From Takakia lepidozioides (lineage: Eukaryota > Plantae > Bryophyta), in the NCBI GenBank assembly GCA_030704615.1, contig CM060734.1, positions 10,478,001-10,542,000 of the forward strand: a DNA stretch of 64,000 bases. Direction: 5' to 3'. Each line of letters opens with the position of its first letter. Position 1 is the first letter of the stretch. Shown here piece after piece: positions 38,712 through 51,078 of this stretch. Below the pieces are notes generated by a model. That model had not been told where the DNA came from, searched no databases, and saw only the letters and a list, made by a program, of their open reading frames with translations. The translations under genes and the position numbers were made by a program.

Positions 38712-41700
38712 CTCCCAGAGATGTCTGTATCTGGAAAGGACAAGGCTCCATGTCCGTCTCCATGAGGCCCAAACCTGCAATAGCAGCTCTGCCCAACATC
38801 AGTGGCTGAGCTCCCAAGTCCAACAAGACCCGCAGTGGCCGGTACCTCTTGCCTGCCGGTCCACTCAAAGAGAAAATGCCATCCTGGTTGTCTAACAAGA
38901 CAACTCCAGGTGTCACCATGACGCGCTCAAAGGCTGGCCTAGCTGGCAGCTCCGTCAACCTGGCAGCTGCAGCTTGCCATGGTGCAGCCGTGGCAGTCTT
39001 GACCCTCAAATCCGAGGATCCCTCTGCCACTACACTCTTCACTAACTCCGCAGAAGATGAAGTGACCTCCCCACTCTCGTAGAGTGTTGCTGCTAGTCTG
39101 AACACTGCAGCTGGTCTTATCCCCGGCGTCGCAATCATGGTTGCCGAGAACAGTGAGGCTTGACACACAAAGGTGGCTGCCCCCAACAACACACTGGCTG
39201 CACTAGCCTTGTCAACAGGTGTCAGTGCTGCACGTGTAGCTCTCCCCAATGGCACATTAACGGCCTTTGTATCTGTCGGACGAGAACTAGGTGCCATGGA
39301 TGTCGTCGACACTGTCTCCCCCAAGATGAATGATTGAGGCAACCTAGCCTGACGGCTTGCCTCCCCACGCTGTGGATCTAACTCCATCTCTGCACCTCGT
39401 GGCTCATGAACTCGTGCTGCTCCTCGAGTGACGGCTGCAGCAGACTCCACCTGCACTAGTGGTAGTGCCGCCCCACACATAAATCCCATGCCTCCCATGT
39501 CTCCTCCGTCAGGATGACGCTGCTGAGGAGGAACATGAGATGGACCCTCAGGTTTTGGAGCTGGTACCACCTGAGCTGTGGCCATGGCAGCAAGCCTTTG
39601 CTCTAGTTGCTGAAGCCAGTTGGCTATGCCTTGGTCAACGCCCTGACCTCCACATCCTTGGCCATACTATGCTTGTCCTCATCCTACACCTCGTGCCTGA
39701 CCACCTCGTCCTCTCTGAGATGCTCCAGCTCGCCCTCGGCCACCATTGTTCCCTTGGAACTGGCCTTGCCGCAACTCAGGGTGCAAGTCATAACACTGGG
39801 CATCTCCATGTCCATACTTGCCACAATGCCCACACTACAACTGTGCAGGCTGTGCTTGTGCCGGTCTTTTGCCACTCTCTGGGCAATCTTTCTTGACATG
39901 GGGTCTTCCACATGTCCAACATATTACCCCTGGTTATTGTTGGCTTGCAAAAGATGCTACTGGCCTCTGCACCTGAGGTCCCCTGTAAGCTCCATGGAAT
40001 TTGGGTTGGGAAACCTTGCCCCCCTGACCACGCTGTTGGGCAGTCTCTTGTGCCTGTTGGCTGGCAGCTGCGCCTCGTGCAGGCATGTCCTTGCCAAATC
40101 TAATGGTAACAACTCGTTCCTCCACCATGTTGAGCTCAATCCGCTCAGCCAACAGAAACACATCTGCTAATGTGGGTTGGGCTGCTTGTAACAGGGTTGC
40201 ATCCCGCACCCTTCTCCTGAGCTCCTTGTCCAAAATTCCATACCAGAACTGGACTGCCTAAGCTTCAGTAACCCCTTGGGTCACACTTATAAAGCGCCTC
40301 ATACGAGTGTAGGCCTCTCGCAAGCTCTCACTGGATTTACGCTGGAACTCTTGCAAACTTCACAACTTCTCTGTCCGTACGCCTTGGTAGTTCGTCCGCA
40401 ACTCCTGGAAGAACTCCACCACCGGGTTGAATCTAGGCACATGTGTTGTAGTTGTGGCAGGAGGATTAGTAACACCTTTTGAATTGGTACCACCTGCAGA
40501 AGTACCGGCACTATTTGTTCCACTACTAGTGCTGGCAGTGGGAGATATTGGTGCTGATGCAGCTACTGGTTGCGTCGTGCCTCGAGTAATGGAGACGTAG
40601 TCAGGTGACCAATACATCCTCCACTCCTCAATCTCTGCTTCATGTCCTCGCCTGAACTGGTGGTAATCGTTCATAGGCGGGCCTTCCAAATGCTGGAACA
40701 GTCCCTTCCACGCCATGAATGGGGTGAACAGCTGTGGATTGCGCATCTGCTGCAAATCACACCAGCTGTCCAACTCCTGGATAAAGTCATCCAGCTCGAT
40801 TGTGCCACAGCTCCAGAGTACCTACGAGGCCCCTTAGTAGCTCCATACATCTCCTCCATGTCGTCCCACAATAATGACGAATGAAACTGTATACCTGTTG
40901 ATGAAGCCTCCGAGTCTGTGTCTGACTCTGCACTAGTTGAGGGTGAAGGTGAAGGTGGTCTGAAACGAACACCTCGTCTGATGAACCCACTCTCACTGCT
41001 ACTGCCTGTAGCCGTACTCCTCTCAAAACCCTTGGGTAACTCCGTGATGACACTCACAACCCGCACCTCCCCCACGTGACACTATAAGACTCTAGTACTA
41101 ATTCTAATAGTGACACGGGCGAGCACCTGTTGCGGATTAAGGGTCATATCCCAGTGGCTAAGGGCACCTGCACCTGCATCCACCGCAAGAACTCCTATGG
41201 TTGGTTGGTTATCAACCCAGCCTCACCATAGAAGAAACACTGGTGGTCTTGCTGGTCATCACTCCAGCCTCACCACCGACAGCATACTCTAGGATTGACC
41301 GGTGATCAAATCCGGCCTAATCCCTATGAAAGCAAGTGCCCACACAAAACCAACATGGTGCACAGTCAAGCATGCAGGCGTTGGGGGGGATCCAAACACA
41401 AGAAATCAAAACATCAACACTCCCATACCAAAATCCATCTGCAGTGCTGATCCTGCAGAATATCCCAGCCCAAAACCCCGGACTGACTGGCCTCCACCAA
41501 GAGAGGCTTTGGCAACTACAAGTTACAAAGTAATGAAAATAGTAAAAAGAGGGAGGGGAAGAATAGAGACCCGACCAAACAAGATCTAATCCTGATCTGT
41601 GCTATCAACTGCCAGACTTCTCTCAAGATATGGGCTGCTGTGTGTGGAGAGCTCCATGGGGCAGATTAGTGGGCTGGAGTAATATGAGTGAGTCAACTGA

Positions 41701-41774
41701 AATGAGGCGATGAGGAGTTTGAGGATGTCTGGGGGGAGGGTAGTATGGGAGTAGGTTTTGCGCCCACTACAACA
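38712..41774 (-). mobile_element. Gypsy-type LTR retrotransposon 5' part (LTR, gag, Zn knuckles, aspartic protease), truncated before RT
   Basis: LTR 41128-41774 is bounded by TGTTG...CAACA and followed on - by a PBS-like GGTGCTCGCCCGTG. Gag-like LQEFQRKSSESLREAYTRM, CWTCGRPHVKKDC, CGKYGHGDAQC and protease RVLLDLGAQPLMLG are present, with stops and frameshifts. Confidence 0.8.
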
Positions 41775-41779
41775 GATCG

Positions 41780-42050
41780 CGGTAGTTATGATTGCCAAAC
41801 CGTGGTAGTCATGGTTTTCATGACTTTGACCATGACATGCACCATGTTTTTAAATGAAATTGACCTCCCACAGTCGTTCATACGACTGTAGTCATATGAA
41901 CGACTATCTAAATAGTCGTCTGTACGACTACATGGCTCCAGAATGAGCGGAAGGCTGGTCAACGGCAATTGACCAGATTTAGCTCACCATTCATAGTCAT
42001 TTCCATGACTACAGTGTACATGGATGAGGTTACGTAGTCATGATGACTAC
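41780..42050. repeat. Cluster of GTAGTC/GACTAC-type palindromes (MITE or TE-end-like)
   Basis: 34-bp near-perfect palindrome AGTCGTTCATACGACTgtAGTCATATGAACGACT (41872-41905) plus several TAGTCAT...ATGACTA pairs. Confidence 0.7.
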
Positions 42051-42613
42051 TGGGGATTCCTGGGTTTTGGCCACAAATTCCCAGCTACTGAAGGAACTAG
42101 GGGATAAGCTGGTGGAAGAGCTGCTCAAATCCAAACATAAGGTGAAAGGGATGACCACCATGAGGTGCGAACCCCAACAGGTGCAGCCTTTCAGATCACA
42201 ACCTTTATGAAAAGTAGATTCCACTATTCACAAGGAGATACGTGACTCAGAGCCACTTGTTATTATTATTATTGAATAATTATGTTATTATTCTTCTGTC
42301 CTCTTGAACCACTGAGAGACCTGGCAGGATGCACAGCGCGGGAATTGGAATGATTTCAACATCCAACACAAGCAAATCAAAAGCCACTGGCAGCGGGGCA
42401 GTCACAGGTTTCTGTCGGGGGTGGCAGGCCAAGTTGCCACGGCGTGGAACATGTGTTGCATGATCGAGAGGAAGGAAACAGGCACTCGGGTTTGTCCCAT
42501 ACTGCTGCTCTGCTCTCTGAGAGTACGACTCAGTGATAAGACTGTGCACGAGTGTCTAGGATGGGGTCGACAGCAGCACAGTTTTGTCTGTGTGTTTCTG
42601 TGTATGAGTGAGG

Positions 42614-42642
42614 GAGAGAGAGAAAGAGAGAGAGAGAGAGAG
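42614..42642. repeat. (GA)n microsatellite
   Basis: GAGAGAGAGAAAGAGAGAGAGAGAGAGAG. Confidence 0.95.
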
Positions 42643-43674
42643 TCAGTCAAATGCGTTTCACAATCCATGGTGTTGAAGGATCGGCTGCCCAGGCACGCCA
42701 GTGACTTGATGGTGCTTTCTTGGTAGAGTATGCTACAGCCGTTTTGGATCTGTAGGTTGGAATGCTGACATCGGGCTCTGCTGCACGGTCTCATCTTCAC
42801 TCTGGTGCATCAGCTCTTGCATAAGGTGCTCTTCGGGCCCTAGGTGGCTTAGAAGGCAGATTCAACTGATGAGTGGTAGCCTGAATCTGGTGGCCAGTCA
42901 TTTGTTCAACCCCTTTCGGTGAGATTTGAGTGCAAAAGAGTCTTGGGGAAGAGAGAGGCTCCAGGATCTTCTATAGCTACTACATATTGTCTGCGAATAT
43001 TAGTCTCCATCTGAGGGATTGAAACTTTGGTTCCCTTTGTTGAAACTCAAGAGAGCAGGAGTTGTGCTTGCTGGCCAGGTGCGTGCTAATCCCAACTTCG
43101 TAATATGGTTGCTTCTGAAGCCCTCATTTCTCTAGCTCCAGGGCCATTCCTGTGGCTGTTATGCTAAGCTGTAAATGGCCGTGCCACCTGAGGATAGTTT
43201 CGCGACCTTTCCACATTGACGGAGTGATCGTTTGTAGACTATGCTTTTCATATATGTCCTGCACAGCATAGGACACTTTTCTGCTGCACAATCAGAACCA
43301 CAAAAATGCCCTCTACCGTGTGAGGGACTGCCAGGTTTGTGCTTTCGTACAAATTTCTGAAACTGCATCCAGTTGATGGCTGAAGGACGCACTTCAAGAA
43401 GTCTACAAACAAGTTCCAACAGATACTGGCTAACGATGGAAAGGCAGGCAGTCCTGACAGTATAATGGAGAGGTGGCGTGCTGGAAGATTGATATTTTTG
43501 AACTGATCAAGTTTGAAGAGACGTACAGTACAGGTAATCAGATCAAATATTCATGATCCAAATGTGTAATTGCTGTAGAGAGTCCGCTGCTGGACCAGGA
43601 GCCATGTTTCCTTAAATTACACAGCTCACTTCAAAAGGAACGTCGGGGAGTAATAAAATTGCGAGGCGGGAGAG

Positions 43675-45245
43675 ATGGCGGAGCAGGACTCTTTGCAGGA
43701 GCCCTTCATAGGCAGGGAGGAGTCAGCACACCTCTCCACACTCGAACCCACCACAAATTCACACGCGTTTTCATTTGGGAATGGATGATGTAATGGTCAC
43801 AGTGAGATAGATGATAGAGCGTCTATCTTATGGCCAGCAAAGTGGTCAGTATGGGAAGAGATCAGGATCCAGCTAACGATTGCAGTGCCAATGATATGTG
43901 TGAACTTACTTCAGTACTCACTGGTTGTAGTATCCGTCATGTTTGTGGGGCACTTGGGTGAACTTGCCCTTTCCAGTGCCACTCTGGCCAACTCCATCGC
44001 AGGTGTTACAGGGATAAGCCTTCTATTGGGAATGTCATCCACATTAGAGACCTTGTGCGGGCAGGCATACGGAGCCAAGCAATACCACATGCTGGGTATC
44101 TATCTTCAGCGTGCAACGTTGGTCCTGTATCTTACGAGCCTACCTGTTTCTGTTGTGTGGTGGAACATGGGCTATATCCTCAGGGCTCTTGGGCAGGATC
44201 CTGAGATCTCAGTTGTGGCAGGAGAATACGCCCGGTGGCTGATTCCAACCTTATTTGCGGTTGCCTCTACTCAAACCCTGGTGAAGTTTTTGCAAACACA
44301 TAGTGTCGTGTTGCCAATGGCATTGATTTCAATCACCACGTTGCTTCTCCATATCTCCCTGTGCTGGCTGGTGATTTTCAAGCTGGACATCGGATTTCGC
44401 AGGGCAGCTATTACGAGTGGCATTTCAAACTGGCTGAATGTTGTGCTCCTGTGTGCCTATGTGGCATTTTCACCTCAGTGTAAGAAGACTTGGACATCGT
44501 TTTCGACGGAGGCGTATAAGGACCTCGGAAGCTTTTCAAGCTGGCCATCCCCTCCGCAGTCATGGTATGCTTGGAGTTATGGTCATTCGAAATACTTGTG
44601 ATTCTCTCAGGCCTGTTGGCACACCCACAGTTAAAAACGTCCACCTTCGCCATCTGTATGACGAAGCTCGTGTTGAATGTTCATGGTGCCATTTGGCATC
44701 AGTGCTGCAGTCAGCACTCGCGTTTCCAATGAGCTTGGAGCTGGAAACCCACAAGCGGCGAAGTATGCGGTGGTCGTCGCCATTGTAATGGCCGTGTTGG
44801 AAGGTGCTCTGATGGCAACTCTGCTGCTACAGTAACAGTTCTGCGCAATATCAATGGCCGGGCCTTCACAAATGAAGCCGAGGTTTTCGAGTACTTGGCT
44901 CGTTGTATACCCTTTTTTGCAACAATTGTTAGCATGGATGGCCTTCAAGGTGTCCTTTCAGGCGTGGCGAGGGGATGCGACTGGCAAGCTCTTGGAGCGT
45001 ACACGAACCTCGGATCGTTTTACATTGTGGGATTGCCATGCTCAATCGTACTGGCCTTTGTCTTCCACTTCAACGGCGTGGGCCTGTGGACTGGAATGAT
45101 CGCAGGGATGGCAATCAAGACTCTTGGCCTTGTCCTTATTACACACTTCACCGATTGGGACAAGCAGGCCATGAAAGCATCGGGTCGGATCTACTCATCT
45201 TCAAGCACGGTACTGCCCCTTCAATCAGACGACATCCATGCCTGA
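43675..45245 (+). pseudogene. Intronless MATE/DTX efflux transporter pseudogene
   Basis: MFVGHLGELALS, LETLCGQAYGAKQYHMLGIYLQR, CLELWSFE, STRVSNELGAGNP and QGVLSGVARGCDWQ. In-frame TGA at ~43786 and frameshifts at ~44535 and ~44830; no introns. Confidence 0.93.
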
Positions 45246-45687
45246 CATAAGCACTCTCCAGCCTCATCATAACCCTACCCTTGAAATAATCCACTACCAG
45301 CAGGAGATCCCTTGTCTCTCGAATGAAGAGAGGGATTATCAGCTGACCCATTGAATCGCTATCCAGCTCAATTTTTGTTCAGCAACAACTTTCACCCTTA
45401 AATCAGTTCAATCTTGGTGAACTTCTCCAGTTCTTGTGGCAAGTAGACTGAACCAAGATGATTAGTGCGAAATTCAGTCTTCCAGTACCCAGCCATCCTT
45501 AATGTTCTGGAAAGTAGTCCTTTCTTCAGTCTTTTTAGGTGCATACCATTTCCTGGCCCTCTGTTGACAACTCTGGAATAATGGTTGATGTCATCACTGC
45601 TGCTCCCGGATGAGCACTGCACTTGAATTATGATCATCAGCATGGACAGCTAACAGAATGCATATTACTGAGTGATTTTTGTTTGTT

Positions 45688-48130
45688 TCACCAGTAATCT
45701 CCACTAGAACAAATTCCGTCCTGGAAGTGGTGAAAGCGGTTGGAATCCTGTACAACAACTGCGCAACCAACTTTTTTGGAGATCAACTTCGGGGGGCGTG
45801 CGGTGATTACCACACCCCCATAGGATAGGTGTCTGAGGGGGCGTGCTGATCGCCAGCTTTTCAATGTGATTGCAAAGAGAAAATTCCTCTTCTTCCTCTT
45901 ACATGTCATGCACTATAAATAATGTATCAGCATGTACCTGACCTCCTTCATCTGTCAAGACAATCTCTCCAGCTTAGCATGGACTTTATCCATTTGTGAA
46001 TGCATGTTGTCTTCTACAATGAAGGTGTGCACTTGGTTCAATCCAATGTAACTGCCTCCTGCCTTGTTTCTGACACCTGTGTCCTCCATCATTTTCCTCC
46101 CATATCATCCCACCTGCCAGCAGCAGTAAATCTTTTAAAGTTAAGCTGCATAATGCTGCAGATCACTCTTGAGAATATTTTTGGTTGCACGTTCAGCTAT
46201 CTCCACATTGCCATGAATTCTGCAGGCACCAAGCAAAGCTCTCCACACTTCAGTATCTGATTTGATTAGCATTTTGTTAATGAAGTCCTCTGCCTCATCC
46301 AATTGCCCAGAACGCCCAAGAAGGTCCACAATGCAGCCAAAATGCTCCACTGTAGGAGTAAGGCCATGATCTCGAGTCATTGAATTGAAGTAGTGACGGC
46401 CTTCATCAACCAGGCCTGCATGGCTACATGCTGAGAGAAGAGATATAAAGGTGTTACTGTTTGGCTTCACGCCATCCAGTTGCCTCTGTTCGAATACCTG
46501 CAGGGCTTCCCTAGCATGCCCATTTTGAGCACATCCTGCAATCATCGCATTCCAGGAAACCACATCTTGGTGAGCTATATTGTCAAACACTTTACGAGCA
46601 CCTTTATGCTCCCACATTTGGCATACATGTCAGCAAGGGCAGTCTCCAAGATGAGATCTGGCGCAACTCCAGCTTTGATCATGTCAGCGTGAACCTTTTT
46701 GCCCTTGTCTAGGGCTCCCAGGCTGCCACACGCATTTAGAATGCAGATGAATGTGACCTTGTCCGGTGTCACCCCTTCCTGTATCATTTGCTCATAGATC
46801 TCTATAGCCTCCCTACCATACCCATGCTGAGAATCATATCCTGCTATCATTGTAGTCCATGAGACCACATCTTGGTGAGCCATACTGTCAAACACTTGAC
46901 GTGCATCGCATACATGTCAGCAAGGGCAGTCTCCAGAATGATGTCTTGTCCAATGCCAGCTTTGATGATGTTGGCATGGACCTCTTTGCCCTTTTCCAAG
47001 GCTCCCAGGCTTGTACATGCACGGAGAACACAAATGAAGGTGATCTTGTCAGGCAGCACACCTTCCTGTAGCATTTGCCCATATATGTCCAAAGCCTCCC
47101 CACCACACCCATGTTCAGCATATCCTCCAATCATGGTGTTCCATGAGACCACATTTCGTTTACCCATGGTGTCGAACACTTCACGTGCATCCTTTATGCT
47201 CCCACATTTTGCATACATGTCAGTGAGAGCAGTCTCCAGAATGATATCTGGTGCAATTCCAGCTTTCCTGATTGCAGCATGTACCTCTTTGCCCTTTTCC
47301 AGGGCTCCCAGGCTGGAACAGGCATTGAGGAGCCAAATGAAGGTGACCTTGTCAGGTGTCACCCCATCTTGTATCATGTGCTCAAAGAGCTTGAAAGCCT
47401 CCCTACAGCATCCATGCTGAGCATAACCTGCAATCATGGCATTCCATGAGACCACACTTCGTTTCACCATATTGTCGAACACTTGACGTGCATCCTTTAA
47501 GCTACTGCACTTGGCATACATGTCAACAAGAGTGTTCTCCAGAGTGATATCTGGCGCAATGCCACTTCTGCTAATGTCAACATGGATCTCTTTGCCCTTG
47601 TCAAGAGCTCCAAGTGTGGCACATGCATTGAGAATGGAAATAAACGTGACCTTGTCGGACATCATCCCTTCCTGTATCATTTGCTCATAGATCTCCAAAG
47701 CCTCCCTACCACACCCATTCTTGGCATATCCTGTGATCATTATCGTCCATGTAAACAAATTTCGTTCAGTCATGTTCTGAAACACTTGGTGTGCATGAAC
47801 TATGCTCCCACACTTGGCATATATGTTGACAAGGGTGTTGAGTAGAAAAATATTTGGCTTGAATCCACTTTGGGTCATTTGGGCATGCACCCGCTTCCCC
47901 CCTGCTAGGTCTTTCAGGTTGCCTCACGACTTTTCAAAGAGGACCGTACGAGGAATCAAAGAAGAACTCTTCTAGCACTTGTGAGGATGTGAGGAAATTA
48001 TGTAAGGCAGGACGACTAAAAGAGACGCTGCACATTTTGAACCAACCAGACCTCTGGGTAGACTTCAATACTATTTCTGGCAGCAGTGTGATGTCCAACA
48101 AACAACACTGCCTGATTCAACGCTGGAATC
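45688..48130 (-). pseudogene. PLS-class PPR-E-DYW pseudogene with an internal micro-inversion near its 5' end
   Basis: ORF pieces 47890-46847, 46895-46575 and 46617-46141 carry repeated P-L-S motifs (~303-bp triplets). The degenerate E/DYW ends [12 protein letters not shown] at 45688. The N-terminal piece 47924-48072 lies on +. Confidence 0.93.
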
Positions 48131-48723
48131 CTGCAAGGTCAAACTCTTATACATCAAATTCACATATCATCTGTATACTTCAAAGGAACACCACTCCATG
48201 CACACGTCTACATTTTTCGGCCTTACAAGACTAATGCATTCAACTACATCGAGAATATACTGCACCAATTCCTTGGAAAATGCAAATCATCATCAAAGCA
48301 ATACCCATTGTGTTTTCGGCCTGGAGCTCCATGGTGTATATGAACATTACATCTATCACCAGATTGTGTTCGACCTTCTATCATGTCAGCTACCTCTGCT
48401 TTCACCCAAGGAGGGGCTGACCAACACTCAATCCAAAGGACCTCCTTTGTGCACTTATCTCTTAAGTCTGGTGATCTTGGACTTTCCTGTGGAAACCAGC
48501 TGAGAAGCCTTAGATCAAATAGACCCCCTTACCACCACCAAACCTCCAACCATTCCAAATAAGGTAAGAAAGACAGCTCACCTTATCAAACCTGTTGTCC
48601 CAGCACTGTAAGTGATATGAGAATAACTCCTGCCAGAGCATTTCTATGCTCATTACTTGGGCTGCATGCAGAACTCCAAAACATGAGGACTCTCTCTCTC
48701 TCTAGGCCCACCCCCCACCCCCT

Positions 48724-49714
48724 GTGCTGCCCTTTCGCAAGTACATCCACATGCATCACATCGGTCGGATTGGGGTCCCAGTTTCCTGGTGGGAAAACAA
48801 TCTGGAACCATTGCAGTCATCTTTCCTCCAAGCAATGCTTGGCGCCAGAGGCACAACTCCATCGCACATATTGAATGCAGATTTCGCCTGTGCGCCACTC
48901 CAAACTGAGGCCCTCTTCCGGCTTACAATTTTCCTGCATAGGTTACAAGGCCTTCCCCCCAAGGGGCTTGTGGCCAGGGCCCTCACAACATCTATGAGAC
49001 TAAAAAATGCAGGCTTCAAACAATCCTGGTATGCCCGTGTGGATACCTTTTTTGAACGCCATGGACTCTCTATAGCTTCACTTTTGCCAGTGAACCCAGA
49101 AGAGGTGGAAATCACATCCAGGCATGACCGCAACCAACTCATTAGAAAGGAGCTCATGGAGTTACATGCCAGGAGAACTTGGAAGTTACCCAACCTCACA
49201 ACAAAGCTCCATTTCTATCGAGAAACATTCTTGGTTCTCCGGGATGATAGAATCTTGCGGCCCAATTACCTTTCGGCCTCTTTATCTCCTTCTCTCCTGA
49301 GGGCTTTGGGGCGGTTCAGGGTGGGCTCCCACAACCTACGGATAGAGACTGGCAGATGGGAAAACCTGCAGCGGGAGGACCGCCTATGTCCTGCTTGCAC
49401 AGGGCGCAGCGAGGAAATTGAAACTGAAGAACACTTCTTCTTCTATTGCCCCCTATACTATGAGATCCGTGGGAGATTCCATTGTCTATTCCGTGGAACC
49501 CAATCTCTCACTGAAGTCTTCCACTATGAGGATCAGAAATGTTTGGCAGCCTACCTGCACGAGGCATTCACCCTTAGACAATCACTCGAACAATAGTTCT
49601 TTTCTCTGACTCTGGTTTTCCTATTTTCTCTCATGTTCTTCCTTCCATTTTGTCCCATAAGCTCTATGAGCTTTCCGCGGACATTATAAAGCACCATTCC
49701 ATTTCATTTCATTT
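48724..49714 (+). mobile_element. 5'-truncated LINE (RTE-like) 3' end with (CATTT)n tail
   Basis: 290-aa ORF with RFRVGSHNLRIETGRW...RLCPAC...ETEEHFFFYCP; tail CATTCCATTTCATTTCATTTT at ~49695-49714. Confidence 0.88.
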
Positions 49715-51078
49715 TCTCCTGCAATTCCATTATCGGTCTTCATATGTGTTTGACGCAAGACAGTCAGAAGTACAGAGCGGTTGTTAAGCACTTGCGTAGA
49801 AGATGCATCAGTACTCTATACATATACCTTCCTATCAACCTGGATTTTGGCTGGTCAGATCTATTGTTTAATTTCCACCTGGTTGCTTTTATATTTCACT
49901 GCTATCAGAGGCGTGAACAGTAATGGATCTAAATTAAACTGCTGTAAGAGCAAGAAAGGACCTCATTCTTATTGTTTCTGTCACCAGGACAAGTCTGGGG
50001 CCTTGCAGTTGCTTTTATCAGGTGCGGATATGGTGACCCCTTCAGGCACTGATAGTATCCGGCAAGGACCAAGGCAGTGAGTTTGCAGCAGACAATAGAG
50101 GATGCCACTAATGGCAAGCGCCAGTTCTTAAGTGGTGAGTTCTATCCAAATGTTGTGGTCAGAAGTTACTACCAATCTGTTTAGCATGGTACAGGCCCCA
50201 CACATTCAGTTTCGTTGCTCCCAGTCTAGTATATTTCTCCTACAGTCTTGTCGTGTCCTGTTTGCATGCCTGTCTAGTTGGGTTGCTTTCTAGGTTCTCT
50301 CATTTGGTTATAATCTGGGTTCATTTGGATGGACTGATAAGTGACGCAATATGTGTCTCTTCTCTTGGTGCAGGAAAACTACACAACCTTGTAAGAGCTC
50401 TAGCGGACGAGGAGGTTGATGACTGGACCACAAGCCCTCATGGAGAAAGACGGCCCTCACACCTAGCGGAGCATGGCCTTGGCCTGGGGCTTGGATTCAG
50501 TGTCACTTCAAAGACTACTTCAGTGAATGTGCCTTCACCCACTAACACTTCCGGATTAGGAGGCTATTTTGGGGAGGGAACTCCTTCAATGGTTCCCAAA
50601 GGGACAGTGAAACGGTTTCTAGGGCCACTGACTAACAAACCAATGGCATGCCTATCAGCTTTCATCCTCTACATTGCAACTGTTGGTGATATTGTCGATG
50701 GCATTGACACAAGTCATGACTACAACTTCTTTGCACTTGTCTATGAGCGCCCCAATGATGTAGGCCTTTACCAATTCCCATTCTGTCGACCTGATAAAAG
50801 TTCCTTTGTTTCTATCTTTCCTTTCCTCCACTGTCCCCATTGGCCATCCGAACCTCCTCTGAACATCGTGAATTCTTTTATTTTTCTTTTGCCAGAAGAG
50901 GAACGTTTTTGGTTGTGCAAATCCATCCCCAATGGATTATTCTCTTTCCTCTGCTGTGTCCTTGCCTGTTCCATTCAGGCACTGTTCATCAATTGACTTG
51001 CCATATCAGTGTTCGTCAGTTCTTCTTGTCAGTATGCTCCCCTATGTCTTATGTCTATGTCTGATTCTGAATTGAATC

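Noticed and set aside
38555-38723. 14-bp direct repeat AACTCCCAGAGATG (38555-38568 and 38710-38723) at the Gypsy truncation point, as a possible TSD
   Set aside because: Removing the intervening sequence does not restore a recognisable pol frame; it may be junction microhomology or chance.
38659-39585. Gypsy element as a carrier of an extra enzyme such as a cytosine methyltransferase
   Set aside because: The element is truncated inside the protease; no RT, integrase or MTase sequence is visible.
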